A stretch of DNA of 64,000 nucleotides from Tubulanus polymorphus (GCF_964204645.1 NC_134027.1:17384560-17448559), one strand, 5' to 3'; counted from the first letter of the stretch, positions 26,534-40,174 are shown. The notes: generated from the letters alone by a model not told the origin. Program-made: numbers and translations.

Positions 26534-27621
26534 ATGAGTGGGAGTTATATAAGTCCTTCTAAGATTTCTAGAATATCTAATGCTATTAAAGCAGAAAGAT
26601 CATATCATATAATTACTCATAATCCTTCAAATATTAATCCCGATGAAACTTTATATGTTAGAATTCCTAGATTAACACAAAATACTTTTTATGTTCCAAA
26701 TAGTATTTATTTATCAGCTGATATAAAAGTAACTGGCCATGATAACAATTATGTTGTTGATAATGTTGGAAGATATTTGATTAAAAATTTAACTATAAAG
26801 ATTGGACCAGAAACAGTTTTCTCATTAGATGATTATAATTTATTTATGCATTATAAAGATTTATGGTTAACTAAAGAAAATAGAAATAATATGATATTTC
26901 AAGGAATCCAATCAGAAAACCAAAATAAATTAAGATCAGGAGCTAATGACGCAATAGTAACTCGTACCGCAGATAATTTGATAAAAAAGATTTATGGAAG
27001 CAAATATAAAATTCCATTAGACTTTGAATTGATAAATAATAATGCGCCTTTATATAAATACGCAATTCAAGAAGACGTTATATTCGAAATAACATTTGCT
27101 CCTGTAAGTGAAATTGTATTATCTAGCGTTGTTAAAGATATGAGTTATAAATTATCGAATATATGTTTAGAATATGATACAGTAACTGATGAAAATATTT
27201 CAAGTATAATTCAAACTCAATACAATCAAGGATTTTCATTATTATATGATTATATTGATAAATTTAAAACTGTAACTATCAATGCAAATGATGAAATAAT
27301 TAATGAGAATATTAACTTCCCAAGAAGATCTATTAAAGGAATATTAATATTTTTTACCATTGCAACATATTCTAATGGTGCAATACAGGTTGATAAGTAT
27401 TATAATCCTGAAATAACAAAAGTAGAAATAACTATCGAAGGAATAGCAAATAAAATATTTTGTCAAGGAATGAGAATGATTGATCAATGGCCAGAAATTA
27501 GAAAACATTTTATGAATGAAAAAGTGAAATCATCTGAAAATTGTAATATTAATCAAATTGATTATTATACCGGTAATAAATATGCATTATGGTTAGATTT
27601 TAGAACAACAGAGGATAATTC
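26534..27621 (+). pseudogene. Putative double jelly-roll major capsid protein (copy B), 3'-truncated
   Basis: Near-identical to 43023-44269; beta-rich, ~415 aa when complete; homology ends at GAGGATAATTC. Confidence 0.75.
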
Positions 27622-27936
27622 GGCGGTGCTGGATTTGCATCAGTCTTGGGCGGGTTGGCTCGTCCAGCTATTCCACTACTAAAAAATATGGCCAAGCAAG
27701 CGGTTCCTCATTTACTGAGAACTGGTTTACACGTAGCCAGCGATGTGGTAGGCGGTAAGAATATCGCGACAGCCATCAAAGATCGTGGCATCGAAACAAT
27801 GGGTCGCATTATCAAACGAAGCTTAAAAAGACCATCTACCTCAAACCCAAAATCAATAAAAGGTCGTAAACGAAGTAGACGTATAACAACCGGAAAACGC
27901 GTTCGAAAAACCAAAGCATTCGCTGAAGCGTACTAA
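27622..27936 (+). pseudogene. 5'-truncated Gly-rich, basic core-like Maverick protein
   Basis: GGAGFASVLGGLARPAIPLLK amphipathic segment and K/R-rich tail directly upstream of the capsid gene. Confidence 0.6.
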
Positions 27937-27938
27937 TT

Positions 27939-29244
27939 ATGTCGTTATTAGTATATAAGGATTCGCCATTGTGCGTCAAGTCCGAACTCGATTTGTTTAC
28001 AGTTCCCGGAACACAGATAAATTTCAAAGAATGCCGATACGTTAGCTACGAACCCACTACGTCGATTAACGACATGGGGCCGATTGTATTCAGAGTGCCA
28101 AAAACAATATTTAGATTTAAACGTGACGTATCTAAAACTACAGTTCAAAATAGTTAACGCCGATGGAACTAATGTAGGGCCCGAAAAGTCAGTCGCAATG
28201 ATCAATGGCGCCTATAGTCTATTTAGCGATGTACAAATTACGCTTAACGACCGAGTGGTTACCCACGACGGGGGGTTATACCCGTTCAAATGTGAGCTGG
28301 AAAATATGGTTAATTACAACTCTGAAACTAAAAACAACAGCTGGCTACAATGCGATCTTTATGTCGAAGACGAAGCTGGGAAAAAGTCAAATATCGATCC
28401 TACTTTACCAAAAGCAAATTCCGGTTTGGTCAGAAGGAATAACTACACTAAAGGCAGTAAACTGGTTTGCGCTTATTCTCGGTTGTATAGCGATGTACTG
28501 AGAATGAATAAGATTTTCATCAACAATACAGATTTACAAATAAAACTAACTCGACCAAAGGAAAGTTTTGCTCTAGTTTCCCCTGTCGAAAACCCAGATT
28601 TCCGTATAAAGATTGAAAGCGCTCAACTATACATTCGTAAACTAGAACTGGATAGTTCTGTTTTAGTAGCGCATGCTAAAGCACTGGAAAAGAATGCAGC
28701 AAAATATTATTTTTCGAGAACTGAATTATTATCGTTAAATATTCCAAGAGGTCATAGAACAATTATCAAGGATTCCGTTTTCGTCGGTGAGATACCAAAG
28801 GCTATTGTTTTAGCTTTAGTGGACGACGACGCGTTGAGCGGTAATTACAAAAAGAATCCGTTCGATTTCAAGGATTATTCATTGAATTATATAGGGGTTA
28901 CCGTTGATAATGTCCATGCACAAAACTCGCCGTTAATTATAGACTCCCAGGGCGACGGCTGCGAGGTGTATCACGGTTTATATTTAGCCCGGGGCTTATT
29001 GTATAAAAACGAAGGAATTGGGATAAAACGTGAGGATTTCAAAAAAGGCAATTTTATTTGTGGGTTTAACATGTCGCCCGAGTACGGGGATCAGCCGCAC
29101 CTGTCACTAATTAAAAAGGGCTCGCTTAAAATCGAAATGCGATTTGATGAAGCTTTACCGCATAACGTGAATTTGATTGTTTACGCCGTTTTCGACGAAT
29201 TACTACAAGTAACCAAAGAACGTCATATAGAAATCGATTATTAG
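27939..29244 (+). pseudogene. Maverick major capsid protein (PY-type), frameshift near 28100
   Basis: CVKSELDLFTVPGTQ, YLDL..YLKLQ, GNYKKNPFDF, GSLKIEMRF motifs typical of Polinton MCPs. Confidence 0.88.
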
Positions 29245-29249
29245 CGATC

Positions 29250-29716
29250 ATGTTATACACCAACAAAATTTTAGAATTTATGAAAAAAGACGAATGTCTA
29301 AATACGTCTTTCTTTGGTGTTTTTCCATGCGATCGACTACCGGATATAACGAGCTATCCCGCTGGTTTTATAGTAAACACTGATAATCACGACGAGCCGG
29401 GTGAACATTGGCTAACTATATATATATAAACGAATACGGCATCGGTTAATTTTTTGATTTCTTCGGGCAACAACCCGGAACTTATGATAAAATGTTAGAA
29501 AAATACTTGGATGAAAATTGTATAGAATGGAAATATAATAATAAGTTGTATCAAAACGTATTATCCGATGTATGCGGTTATTACGCTATATTTGTACTAT
29601 TACACCTATGTCACGGTAACGATGTACGCGATATTACTAAACTATTGTCAAATAAAACTAATGATAATGATTATTTTGTAAAAAAATTTATCGTGAAATA
29701 TTTTAAGCTTCTATAA
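29250..29716 (+). pseudogene. Adenain-like cysteine maturation protease, frameshift near 29450
   Basis: GVFPCDRLP, VNTD...GEHW, D-FFG, YQ....DVCGYY catalytic motifs. Confidence 0.9.
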
Positions 29717-29946
29717 TAAACTATTATGCATATGAATTTAGTCGTTTTTTCAAATTCTACGAACCCACCAGAAGAGTTTTGTTTAAAACTCTTCAATATA
29801 AAAAACACTGAAGCAAAAAGCGAGGCGAGGCGTTTTAACACTGGCTCTTTCTTGGAAATTGAAATAGTTCTGAAAAGAACTGTTTGAAGTGGGGGGTTGC
29901 CTATGTCGTCGTCGTCGTCGTTGCGGTCATCATTTTCCTCGTCGTC

Positions 29947-30200
29947 TTAGTCGGCGTCTTCCTCACGCGGCACTTCACACATGCCCGTCAATGTTGATCG
30001 GCGCGCCTTCATCAGTTCGAAGTACCATACTCGGCGACACATTGGACATGTTATATATCGTTGGCTCTCTGGCCGTAGTTCGACTAGTTGGACGAAGCAT
30101 CCCATGCAAACATAGTTTGCAAAGAAATGATTTTCACAGGCCACCAACGTCCGACGTCTTTCGAGGCACACACAACACTCCCGCGTTGTAGCGTAGTTGC
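29947..30200 (-). pseudogene. RING-finger-like protein, degraded
   Basis: CVVC...C..H...TCPMCR. Confidence 0.5.
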
Positions 30201-30744
30201 AATAAAAAAATCTTGCTCCAGCTTTGCTTGACTATTTGGATATGGATTGTTCAGATCTTCTTATGAGTATTTTATACGCAATAGCTACTTTGCGTGGCAG
30301 GTGTTTTGCAATGGGTGAATCGTGGGTCTTTAATTACTTAATTGTCTATTCGGTTTGGTTTCTAAACCATTCCGTCACATATCGAGGGTACTGACTAGAT
30401 ATTTTAGACGGCAAATGCTAACAACTGGTCAATGGTTTTTGTTTCTCAATTACTTAATTGCGTAATTTTCGTCCTGCATATTCCGGCACATATGGGGGTA
30501 CTGACCAGCTATTTTAGATGGCAGATGCTAACAACGGGTCAATGGTATTTGTTTCTCGATTACTTAATTACGTTCTTTGATGATATATTGTATAGAAGGG
30601 GCCTAGGCAACGACGAAATGCTTGATTATTATAGAGCAAATAAAATGAGACAGATATGAAATATTATATCCATTGCAAGTTTATTATGTATTAAACATTT
30701 GAATAAGCTTTTATATAAATAATATCAAATTATTATCTGTGAAA

Positions 30745-31554
30745 TTATACTTGGGTTATCATTATACCGTATTCAGTTGCTTTTCTAACCCCGCTTGTGT
30801 CTTTTGCGCAGTACGGGCACCTGTATACCTGATTCGAGTGACTCGAATCGTACCAGCACGGTCTCATATTAGCCATTTCGGATATATCTTCTGTAAAATT
30901 AATGTCTTTCAATTTTTTCCATTGTTCCAATGTTAGTTTTACGCCACATCTAGTCGGATTTACGTCGAAAAGCTCATCGTGTAGATCGTATTTTCGGATA
31001 TCTACGTAAATACGGTGATCGTGACTAGATCTATATATTTTGATAAAGTTCGACCGACCGACGGTCATCACGCCTACGTAATCGATATCTTCTTTAACGC
31101 GCGCAATTTCGTGTTCGATATCGGCTTTACAATAATCTATATGTACCCACTCTTGCAGATCCAAAGCAATACCGTTTTTAGTGGGGTACAGTTGTTTTCT
31201 ACGTTCACAGCATTCGAAAGATCGTAAATCTATACGTTTTAACCCCTGCCACGTTTTCGCACTCGCGTACACAAGCGATCCTAGATAATGAGGCTCGGGG
31301 TCATTGTTCCAGGTATTCCGTTGAACTTTCGACGGAACAGCGTTGTCATTTACGATTGAACCTATAAAACAATAAAAAATATTCTATATAGGTATGCGTC
31401 TAAAAAATAATTACCGGTTTCGAATACGGAGAAGAAGTAGAAACTTACTAAAGTCGAGTTTGTGCGAAGGACGTTTTCTTTTTCTAGATTGAGTAGAGGA
31501 CTTTGGTGTACTACATATTTCTAAGGTAGTTTGTCCACTAGTCGAATCCATCAT
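30745..31554 (-). CDS. Tandem PC4-like ssDNA-binding/coactivator protein, predicted two exons (31554-31449, 31361-30745; 240 aa)
   Basis: IDLR..YPTKNGIAL...W and VDIRKY...PTRCGVKL..EQW; GTAAGT...TTTTATAG intron keeps frame; RKRKR in exon 1. Confidence 0.72.
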
Positions 31555-31782
31555 GTATGTTGATACAGGTCGATGTTGACGGGTCAAAGTCTCTGAGCAG
31601 AATGATTTATTCATGGATTTACAACGCGTTTTTATTGTCAGAAAATGACTTGCCCGAACACGATTTACGGTTTCACATGTTATTGCGAAATATTTTTCGC
31701 CCAAACTCGTTCATGATTTCACAATAGCCGTTAAAAGACGCCATCTTGAAATTATCTCCCGCTTTCCCTCCTCCCCCTCCAC

Positions 31783-31783
31783 A

Positions 31784-31843
<60 letters not shown>
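31783..31843 (+). repeat. (CA)n microsatellite
   Basis: About 30 CA units. Confidence 0.97.
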
Positions 31844-31846
<3 letters not shown>

Positions 31847-31952
31847 CGCGCTTGCGCGCGCACGTGCACAAGAATACGTAATATTGAGCCCGGTTTTAAC
31901 CGATCGCTCACTCGCTCGCTAACGCACGCATAAACAAAACGTGATTTACAAA

Positions 31953-32504
31953 ATGTCTGGCAAATTTTTCACCGTTGAAAATATTTTCCGCAAAGGATCA
32001 TTTACCACGGAACATATCGACTTTGAAGATATCGACTGGTCTACCGGATTTGCAATTTGCAAATATTGTAATACGTCAATTACATACGGTAGCTTTCAAG
32101 TAACGACCTGCTGTAGGAAACCGATTTGCGAAGATTGTTGGTTGGTAAACACTCGGTGGTTATGCGTTCAGCATAATTTTAAATGCCCTATCGAGGATTG
32201 CGTGGCACATTTTAGGATTATAAGACACATCGCGAAAAAAGACTGCTATCGATGTCGCGGACAGGAGGATTTGTTTCATTGTTGCGGTAAAACTATATGT
32301 CGGACATGTTTAAACGACCTCAAAGCGTATGAAGGGTATAAAGAAAACTTTTGTTTTAACTGCGTAACTTTATTTTGTGGCGTAAACACGTGTTTAGTAT
32401 GTTTGGAGATAACTAAACAAAAGACGGACTGTTGCGGTACTTATGTTCACGCTTCGTGTGCGAAGGAATTCGGAGTTAAATCGTGTTTAGATTGTAAATT
32501 TTAA
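31953..32504 (+). CDS. Cys-rich protein with repeated RING-like zinc-binding units
   Basis: Three CxxC...CC...CxxC-type modules; AATAAA right after the stop. Confidence 0.65.
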   Translation: MSGKFFTVENIFRKGSFTTEHIDFEDIDWSTGFAICKYCNTSITYGSFQVTTCCRKPICEDCWLVNTRWLCVQHNFKCPIEDCVAHFRIIRHIAKKDCYRCRGQEDLFHCCGKTICRTCLNDLKAYEGYKENFCFNCVTLFCGVNTCLVCLEITKQKTDCCGTYVHASCAKEFGVKSCLDCKF

Positions 32505-32744
32505 CGGTCAATAAATGTTTTTATTTGTTTTACATTTGTTTTTTGTTTTTTTTGTGGTTTCTTTGTATCACTCGAAATAGGTAATGCTGAAAAAAGCGCC
32601 ATCTAGGATTTACTTTTCCCCCTCCTCACACACACACACGCATAGGATCTCGTAATAGTGGCGCCATCTAGGGAATTCATCAGACTACTAAATCGTTTTG
32701 GAATTTACATAGTCAATGATTTGAATTTTGCCGCCAAAAAGAAA

Positions 32745-33072
32745 ATTCGTAAAGGAAAAAGAAAAAAATCTTAAGGAAAATATCTTAAGGAAAAAAAAAA
32801 TCTTAAGGAAAAAAAAAATCTTTAGAAAAATATCTTGAAGAAAAAAATCTTAAGAAAAAAATCTTGAGAAAAAAATCTTAAGAAAAAAATCTTAAGAAAA
32901 ATATCTTAAGAAAAATATCTTAAGAAATCCCACCATCTTGGATGACGTCACTTCCGGCCGCCATCTTGGATGACGTCACTTCCGGTATGACGTCACTTCC
33001 GGTGTGACGTCATCCTCCTCACTCCTCCTCCCTCACTCCACTGTGGCCCCATAGTGACATCATGTAACTACT
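32745..33072. repeat. Maverick right terminal repeat region
   Basis: AAAAATCTTAAG array (~32760-32927), repeated TGACGTCACTTCCGG (CRE+ETS-like) and CCATCTT (YY1-like) motifs, terminal ACTACT. Confidence 0.8.
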
Positions 33073-33329
33073 AATAGGCTTTCAATTTGTAATCAACATT
33101 TCCAAAACAACCACGTTGTTTTTCGCAGAAATGATTTTTTTTCTTTTTTAATCACCAGTCCCTTAATTCGCTCGAAGATCTATCATATTTTGGGTGATTT
33201 TCTATGGTCACGCCACCGGATGCCTTCCTTCAGCATAAAACATATATAACTATTAAAGCCGTTCGTAAAACATATCAGATAATTGCATATATAATATCAT
33301 ATAAGATTTATTGTCGTATGAAAGATAGA

Positions 33330-33614
33330 ACAAACAAGGCTTTTAATTTGTAATCAACACTCTCAAAGCATACGGTATTTTCGCAAAAAATGAATTCCTT
33401 TTCTATACATGTATTTGATCACGGCGAATCTTCGCTTGAATAGATCTTCGATATTGTGGGTGATTTTCTTTGGCCACGGACCTCGCCGAACACTGTGCCC
33501 CCGCAAAACCTATGTTTTTTACTATGTAGAATTCTATACGAGTTGGGCCTCTATTTATTCATTAAAACTTATGACTGGCTGTGCGCTTCACCAAGTTTCG
33601 ACTTTGACATATTA
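33330..33614 (+). repeat. Dispersed repeat, second copy at ~56530-56834, more diverged copy at 33073-33230
   Basis: Shared ACAAGGCTTT...GACTTTGACATATTA sequence. Confidence 0.85.
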
Positions 33615-33823
33615 AGCGCACAGCTCGCGCCTTCGGCGTTCGCTGGAAGCTCCTTAAGTTAATCACGCGTATGAAGCAATTTCAAATTTTCTATATTTCT
33701 CCATACCGTCCTTCTCAAAAAGTGTAGTTTACATCCGGGACACATGGGCATTGGCTAAATCGCGGCAACGAAAATGACGGTCAAGGACGGACTTTCGTCG
33801 AAACTTGCGGGCCGCGTCTCGCG
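33613..33823 (+). repeat. ~200-bp direct repeat, second copy at ~34713-34913
   Basis: TAAGCGCACAGC...GCGGGCCGCGTC in both. Confidence 0.85.
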
Positions 33824-34279
33824 GGTAGTTTAAATACGTCAATGAAGGATTACAAGATTTTGTGTAATTTTCAGAATATTTACAAAGAATATTCACAAAA
33901 TATTGTCAAAAAATGTTATTTTTAGTTCGTATTTCTCCGTAGAAACCGATTGTAAGACTGGATTCGAATCCCACAAAAAGCACAGTCCCTTAGCAACGGG
34001 TCGAATTTTTTAGAATAACAAGCGCGCCGGTTTCACAGCATCACTAAGGGTCGAGTCCCAGAGAATAAGGCGGGCGCGCGGTCCGCGTGTTACAAAAAGA
34101 CCGTCCCGTTACACACAAGTACTGAATAATTAACTCAAAATTTTGCCAATCCCTGGAGTATAATGCTGTGCGTTTTTTAACATATCGTATCTTTATGTAT
34201 TTTTTACTCCCGTTTTTCAAACGTTATTACCCTTTTCCGTGTCGAGTAAAATACGTATACGCTATAATCTGTACTTTCA

Positions 34280-34700
34280 AAATTGGAATCTGTAAATTAC
34301 GAACAAGCAGTCATCCACTTAAGATCGAGAGACAAAGGTTTATCAATAAACCGAGAGAAACACGCCAGTGCACTACCTGTAACAAAGTAGAAGATGAATT
34401 TCATTTTGTGGAGTGTATAAAATTCAACTCAGCTCGTTCTGAATTGTTAACAAGAATGTACAACACCTATAATGATGCCATTTACTGGAACAAGGAAAAA
34501 GTCTTTATGAAACTATAAACAGATCCAAAACTTTCCTATATCACGGGCAAATTTATAACCGAAGGCTTTAATAGTCTATGATTGACTGAGTATACATGTA
34601 TGTATTATCAACGTCATTAAGTGGATCATGTATATACTGACACTGGGTCCGAATATCCCTTGTATGTAACTGTAATTAGTCATTTGTTTCATATGTATCG
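34280..34700 (+). mobile_element. 3' fragment of a non-LTR retrotransposon ORF2
   Basis: KLRTSSHPLKIE...CTTCNKVEDEFHF C-terminal CCHC-type motif. Confidence 0.7.
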
Positions 34701-37700
34701 TTATTTTATTTTATAAGCGCACAGCGAGCGCCGAAGCTCCTTAAGTTAATCGCGCGTATGAGGCAAATTCAAATTTTCTATATATCTCCATACCGTCCTA
34801 CTCAAAAAGTGTAGTTTACATCATCCGGGACACATGGGCATTGGCTAAATCGCGGCAACGAAAATGACGGTCACGGACGGCCTTTCGTCGAAATTTGCGG
34901 GCCGCGTCGCGCGCATTATGAGAATGCCGGTTTGCTAGCGTATCTATTTAACACCCGTATTGCTCGGGTTAGTTTTACTATCAACGGGTGGCGCTGTATG
35001 TAAATTTCACATAAATCAACGACTTTCGGCTATTAGCGGTACTTAAGACCACTTGAAAACATCATAGTCAATTACGGTAGTAGTGAACATAAAAAGATAC
35101 AGTACAAAGATACAGTACGGTGTACAGAAGGACATGATTCCATAGGACCCATACTAGAGACATTTTGTTCAGTCAAGGACTATTAGTTAAACACTAATCT
35201 TCATTATCAGCAATTAACGATCTGGTGAATTAATTAGTGATTCGGTCTTTCGGTGATTCGAGATAAAATGCCCGCAAAATAAGAACCTAACGAACCAGGG
35301 CTGACCACAAATTGCCCAACAGATAAATTTTCGAAACGACACAATCCAATCATGTTTGGTATCAAATGTGGCGTGGACCATGGTCTTTTAACTGACCAAT
35401 GCATGACCAGTACTGACCATATAGTAAATGATTTGTTTGCAAACAATTAAGTTGTTTGGTGTCAAATAACTAGATATGATGTGGGCATTAATCTAAAAAT
35501 TGTTTAACTGACCAATGCTTGACCAGTACAGACCAGTTACCAGTGCTAACCAGAACCCCCATAAGTAATTTATATGTTTAGTGAATCCTTCGTTAGTACT
35601 ACTAGCTCTTACATTTAAATGTGTCGCTTGAAAAAGTCTTGTCCGATTTTTGTTGTAGGTAGCGAGCTAACTTTGAAATTCCGCTAAAATGCATAAGATT
35701 TTTTCGTAGGGTTTTGAACGAGCAACGTTTCCATTTGTAATTGTAACGTGCGCATTTGAGCCTGTAACGTGCACATTTCACTCGCGTGAACGTGCGTATC
35801 GATACCAACATGCGAGACTTGTCAAACTTTTACGATCAAGACTTTTAAACTGAACAAAGAAGATATCATATCATATTATATATACATGAATAGATGGAAT
35901 GATAATGTAGTAGTTTTAAATGTTTCGTAGCTGCTGTCCACTGACCACAGATCAAAGCTAATTGCCTGATATGAAATATATTTTTGTTATAGAGATGTAG
36001 TAGATCAGTGAGAATTCAAACTTATGGTTAATTTTGAGTGATCACAACGCTAACCAATAGAGAAAGCTGTAAGGCCTAAGAAAAGATGCATTAAGTATAA
36101 CATATCTTTCAATATAATGATGAAGTATTCAACTGGCCATCTGATCACATCAACAATAGTTTGACTTATTGAAAAATACTGGAGTGTTAATAGGAAAACC
36201 TTGAATTCGAAACAATTCCACACTCAATCGTTTACTTTGAAAACACAATTTGCATTTTGTGGACATGTATTTTTTTCTGCACCAAAAGCATGAAGTATAT
36301 TATCTTTGCTTGTAAAAATTTGAAATTTTGGGGAAGATTTTTGGCCTCGTTAACCTGTGAGCACGTCCTTCATATATTTTCTAAGACCGACCCTTGAAAT
36401 AATGCTGAGAGTTTCGAGGATAATTTTGGTAGGATGTAAACTTAGGCCGCTTCGTATCCGTGGAGGGTTGCTAATTATTGATTCTATACACAATAATCAT
36501 AAGTACCATTCGATAGAATATCGTTTTTCAATCATACGTACACGAATTATCGCGATATAAAGATAAATAATATGTTCATATACTTTTTACGTCATATACT
36601 GTATATTTCTTTAGTAGTATAAATAAAGAGGGGATCAGCAGGCCACCTGAGACCATTCCACGATCTAAGGTCAGTTGCCAAAAGTTAGTAAGTTTACCAG
36701 TGGATAGTTAACATTTATAATGACGATTAAATTTTCATTGCTAAAATAACTTTGTACTTGACTCAAAAGCAGAGAATTGAAAATACGATAATACGATACG
36801 AAAACTCAGTGTACAAATTCAAAAAGATTATCTCTAGTGAGAGATCGAATGTTGTGTCGTAATTTTCTAATGATAAAACATGGTTTGAAATTTGAAATGT
36901 GTACATAGTTGATCTTTTTCAGTGTATTTAGTCATGTATCATATTGGATGATGGTTAATTTAAACTATCTTTTGAGAAACGGGTCCCAGAGCTATATCCT
37001 TTACTCCTGTAATAGAGGATGCAATCTATTTGCGACAAACAGCTAGTGCAAATAGCTAGAAAAGGTAACAATAGTGCATTGGGAAACTTAGAGCAAGCGT
37101 ACATTGGTTGTTCAGGTTTTTCGAAGGGGAGAATTTGTGGGAAAATTAATCATTACTGAGATATATCCGTGGCGAGCTTTTCCAGGGATTTAAAAAGTTG
37201 AGCTGTACACAAGGAATTTTGTGTAGTCCAATATCCGTGATTACCTCTGGCGTGGAGAGATACAATCTAAAACCAACCCTAGAGTCAAATATTTTACCAC
37301 AATTTTTTATGATCAATAAAAATATTGAGTAATAGACATTCAAACAGTATTATCTAAATTCCACTCCATTTTAAACTCATTCATCTCTACACTAACTCCA
37401 ACTTGTTGAACAGTCCACATTAAAATTAGGGACCACTATTCTTGCTCATCTACACTGGCTACCAATCTAACAAAGGATTAAATTTGAGTGTTTGATGTTA
37501 TAACAATACCAGACTGAATTATGAATTCGGTTTCTACTTTTTAATTGAACATTTATATCACATATTGGGCATCATTTTTACCAGTATATATGGAATAACT
37601 TATCCATATATCATGTTCAATTTTATATAATCTGACTTTTGAGATGTCATTCAATCAATGCATTCACATGCGGTCGTCGCTTTCAATAGCCACCACGGAC

Positions 37701-39661
37701 TGGCTCCTTATTATTTCTTGGGCGATACCATTGGCGGACGATCCCACACGTTTCTTGATCCAGCCCTAGAATGCTCAATATTCGTCATGAACCCCGATTT
37801 GAATTTAAATTCAAAATACTCCTAAAACACACCTGTTAACTAGATTACTCTAAAACACCTTTATGTGCAAGAATCAGTGAAATTGGCGCTTTATCAGTTG
37901 TATTCATCATTCCTACCCACGAATCTCGTATCGTATCCTATGAATGTGGAGACCCATCCTCGTAAAGTGAATGAATAGGCTCTGTTGCGTTCATAATCAT
38001 TTGATATGAGGCTACGTGTTATCTTCAATTGAAATCACGTTGTTTTTTTCAAGGGTGGGCGAGAATATATTCTTTTGTTTTTGTTTCTCTGAATGTTGCT
38101 ATTTAAGAGTTCAATAATTTCAGTCTACCAAACAAAGGATTTTCCGTATGTTTCGTGACATGTTTTTCCATAACCCTAGGAGAGCATTTTAGGTATTTTT
38201 TGCGGATGACCGAAAGCTGCTGTCCCTTTCTAGTAATTTGATGATATCCGTCGAAATCTAAATTCTAAAAAGGAATCAGGCATATCTTCTTGTTTGACTA
38301 AATATGAACTCAACAACAAGTGACACTCCCTTCAAAGGCGCCGAAGTAAAATCATGTGTCGAGTGAAGATGATATTGTGTCAGAATTTCTTCAAAATCGG
38401 AGAAAATTGAATATTTTGAAAATAATCATTTTACCTGTATGTTTAAATCCGTTATAACTGGAGCAATTTTCATGAAAAAATATCTCTGGAATCAGCGAAA
38501 TGTAATTAAGAAGAATACTATGTTTAAAAAGTTATCAAAGACATTTGAAAAAAGTTTTCTGAATTCGTCAACTGTTAAACTAGTAACAACCAGATGTGTT
38601 CCCATTAAACCACCGACCGCGAGCCGAGTCGATGTGAGATGTGCCCTACACTGAAAATCTCAAGTGCTATACAACCGGTTTTTTAGGTGCCTCTGAATGT
38701 CGGCCGTTAAAAAACTGAACAATTCCCATTTGGAAAGGGCCTACGTAGTTAGAGAAAATTCAAGATGTGTATATCGTGTGATACAGGCTCCATATTTCAT
38801 GTGCGTTTGGAATTTAACCTTGTTTATAACGAAACACGCATGTATTTATGCTATTTTAGATTTAAAAAGAGCGCACGAAAGTGTTTCATGGGACCCGCAA
38901 ATAACGGTAAGTTATTCGTGCATTTTTGATTTATATGAATAAATTTCGCTTCGAAATCTTTAAATTTCTCAGGTGGATTATTCAATAAATTCACAACAGT
39001 CCATTATGGTTTAGTTTGACGCCAATCGTTCTTTTAAAGATCTTTCTTTCTCGAAGAAAGATTTTCTTAAAAACTTTGATTATGGTGAATCTTTTATGTG
39101 TCCGATAGTTAAACCTTCGGGTATTATACTAGAACACAAATCTTTAAAGATATTCATAACATACTGAAGGATATCACAGTTTATACCCGAAGATATGCAG
39201 TTGGATAGATCTTTTTGTTTCGACTCGCATGCGACAGTAAAAACGGTACTTGATATAATAAGTGAACTTCATCATCGATATTTTCACTAATCTACTTGAA
39301 TTCCAAAAAAGAACTGACAATGAAAGTAATTGGAAAAGTGGGCTTCCAGATCAGAGGACGAGAGGACGAGACACCACTCATCACAGCTAGGCTCTAGTGA
39401 GAACGGACGATTGCTCTGTGATACACATATACAGTGAGTGCGCGTAACAACAGCTGCGCGTGGATAGATCGATACAGTGAGTCTCTACTGAGAACGGTTA
39501 TTAACGCGTGTGCTATTACTGTAGTACAGTGATTGCGTGTAAACTGTACCCGGATAAATAGATGCTGTGAGGCTTGAGTGAGAACGGTTAATAGCGTGTT
39601 TGTTATATACAAGGGGAAGTAATCCCCACTCATCACCACAAGTAATTTGTTTTCCTTATAA

Positions 39662-39984
39662 ATGGGAGATAGAAAAGCATTCTTAGCAACAATAAAACAG
39701 AATAAAACCAGCAAAAAACAATTGAAATAAAAAAGTTAGTTGATGTTACAAAAGAAATTGAACATAAAATATTGAAATTAGAAAAGATAAAAACTAAATA
39801 TGGAGAGAAAGTATCAGCTAATTTAAGCTACTGCAATGTTAGTACATCGCGAGAATTTAAAGTATTTTTACCTGATAAATGGGTTTCATTGAGTACAGAG
39901 GAATTAAAAGATTTAGAAGGATTTAAAATAATCTATCATGGAAAAAATGAAGATGGCCATCATGATTTAGAAATTGTTGATTAA
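39662..39984 (+). pseudogene. Small hypothetical protein starting inside the left TIR, disrupted near its 5' end
   Basis: TAAATG start at 39662; the 39772-39984 ORF is its 3' part. Confidence 0.55.
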
Positions 39985-40174
39985 ATTTTAAAAAATAAAT
40001 TAATAAAAATAATGAATATTAAGAATCCGAAATAACTTATCTGGACAATTTAATTGCTCCGCATAGATGGTGCCATAAACAGCACCCACACAGTGATAGA
40101 CAAAAGTAGTGAGATATTCAATTAATATTCAATTAATTTAAAAAAATTATTTTTTTTGCTTTTTTTCTAAAATA

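Larger units (their letters stand above)
27622..33072 (+). mobile_element. Right half of a second, canonical Maverick/Polinton (GC-richer family)
   Basis: Core-like protein, capsid, adenain and accessory genes; ends ...TAACTACT (AGTAGT terminus on the minus strand); composition shifts at 27622. Confidence 0.88.

Noticed and set aside
31711-31911. Cys-Val repeat protein
   Set aside because: Translation of the (CA)n microsatellite
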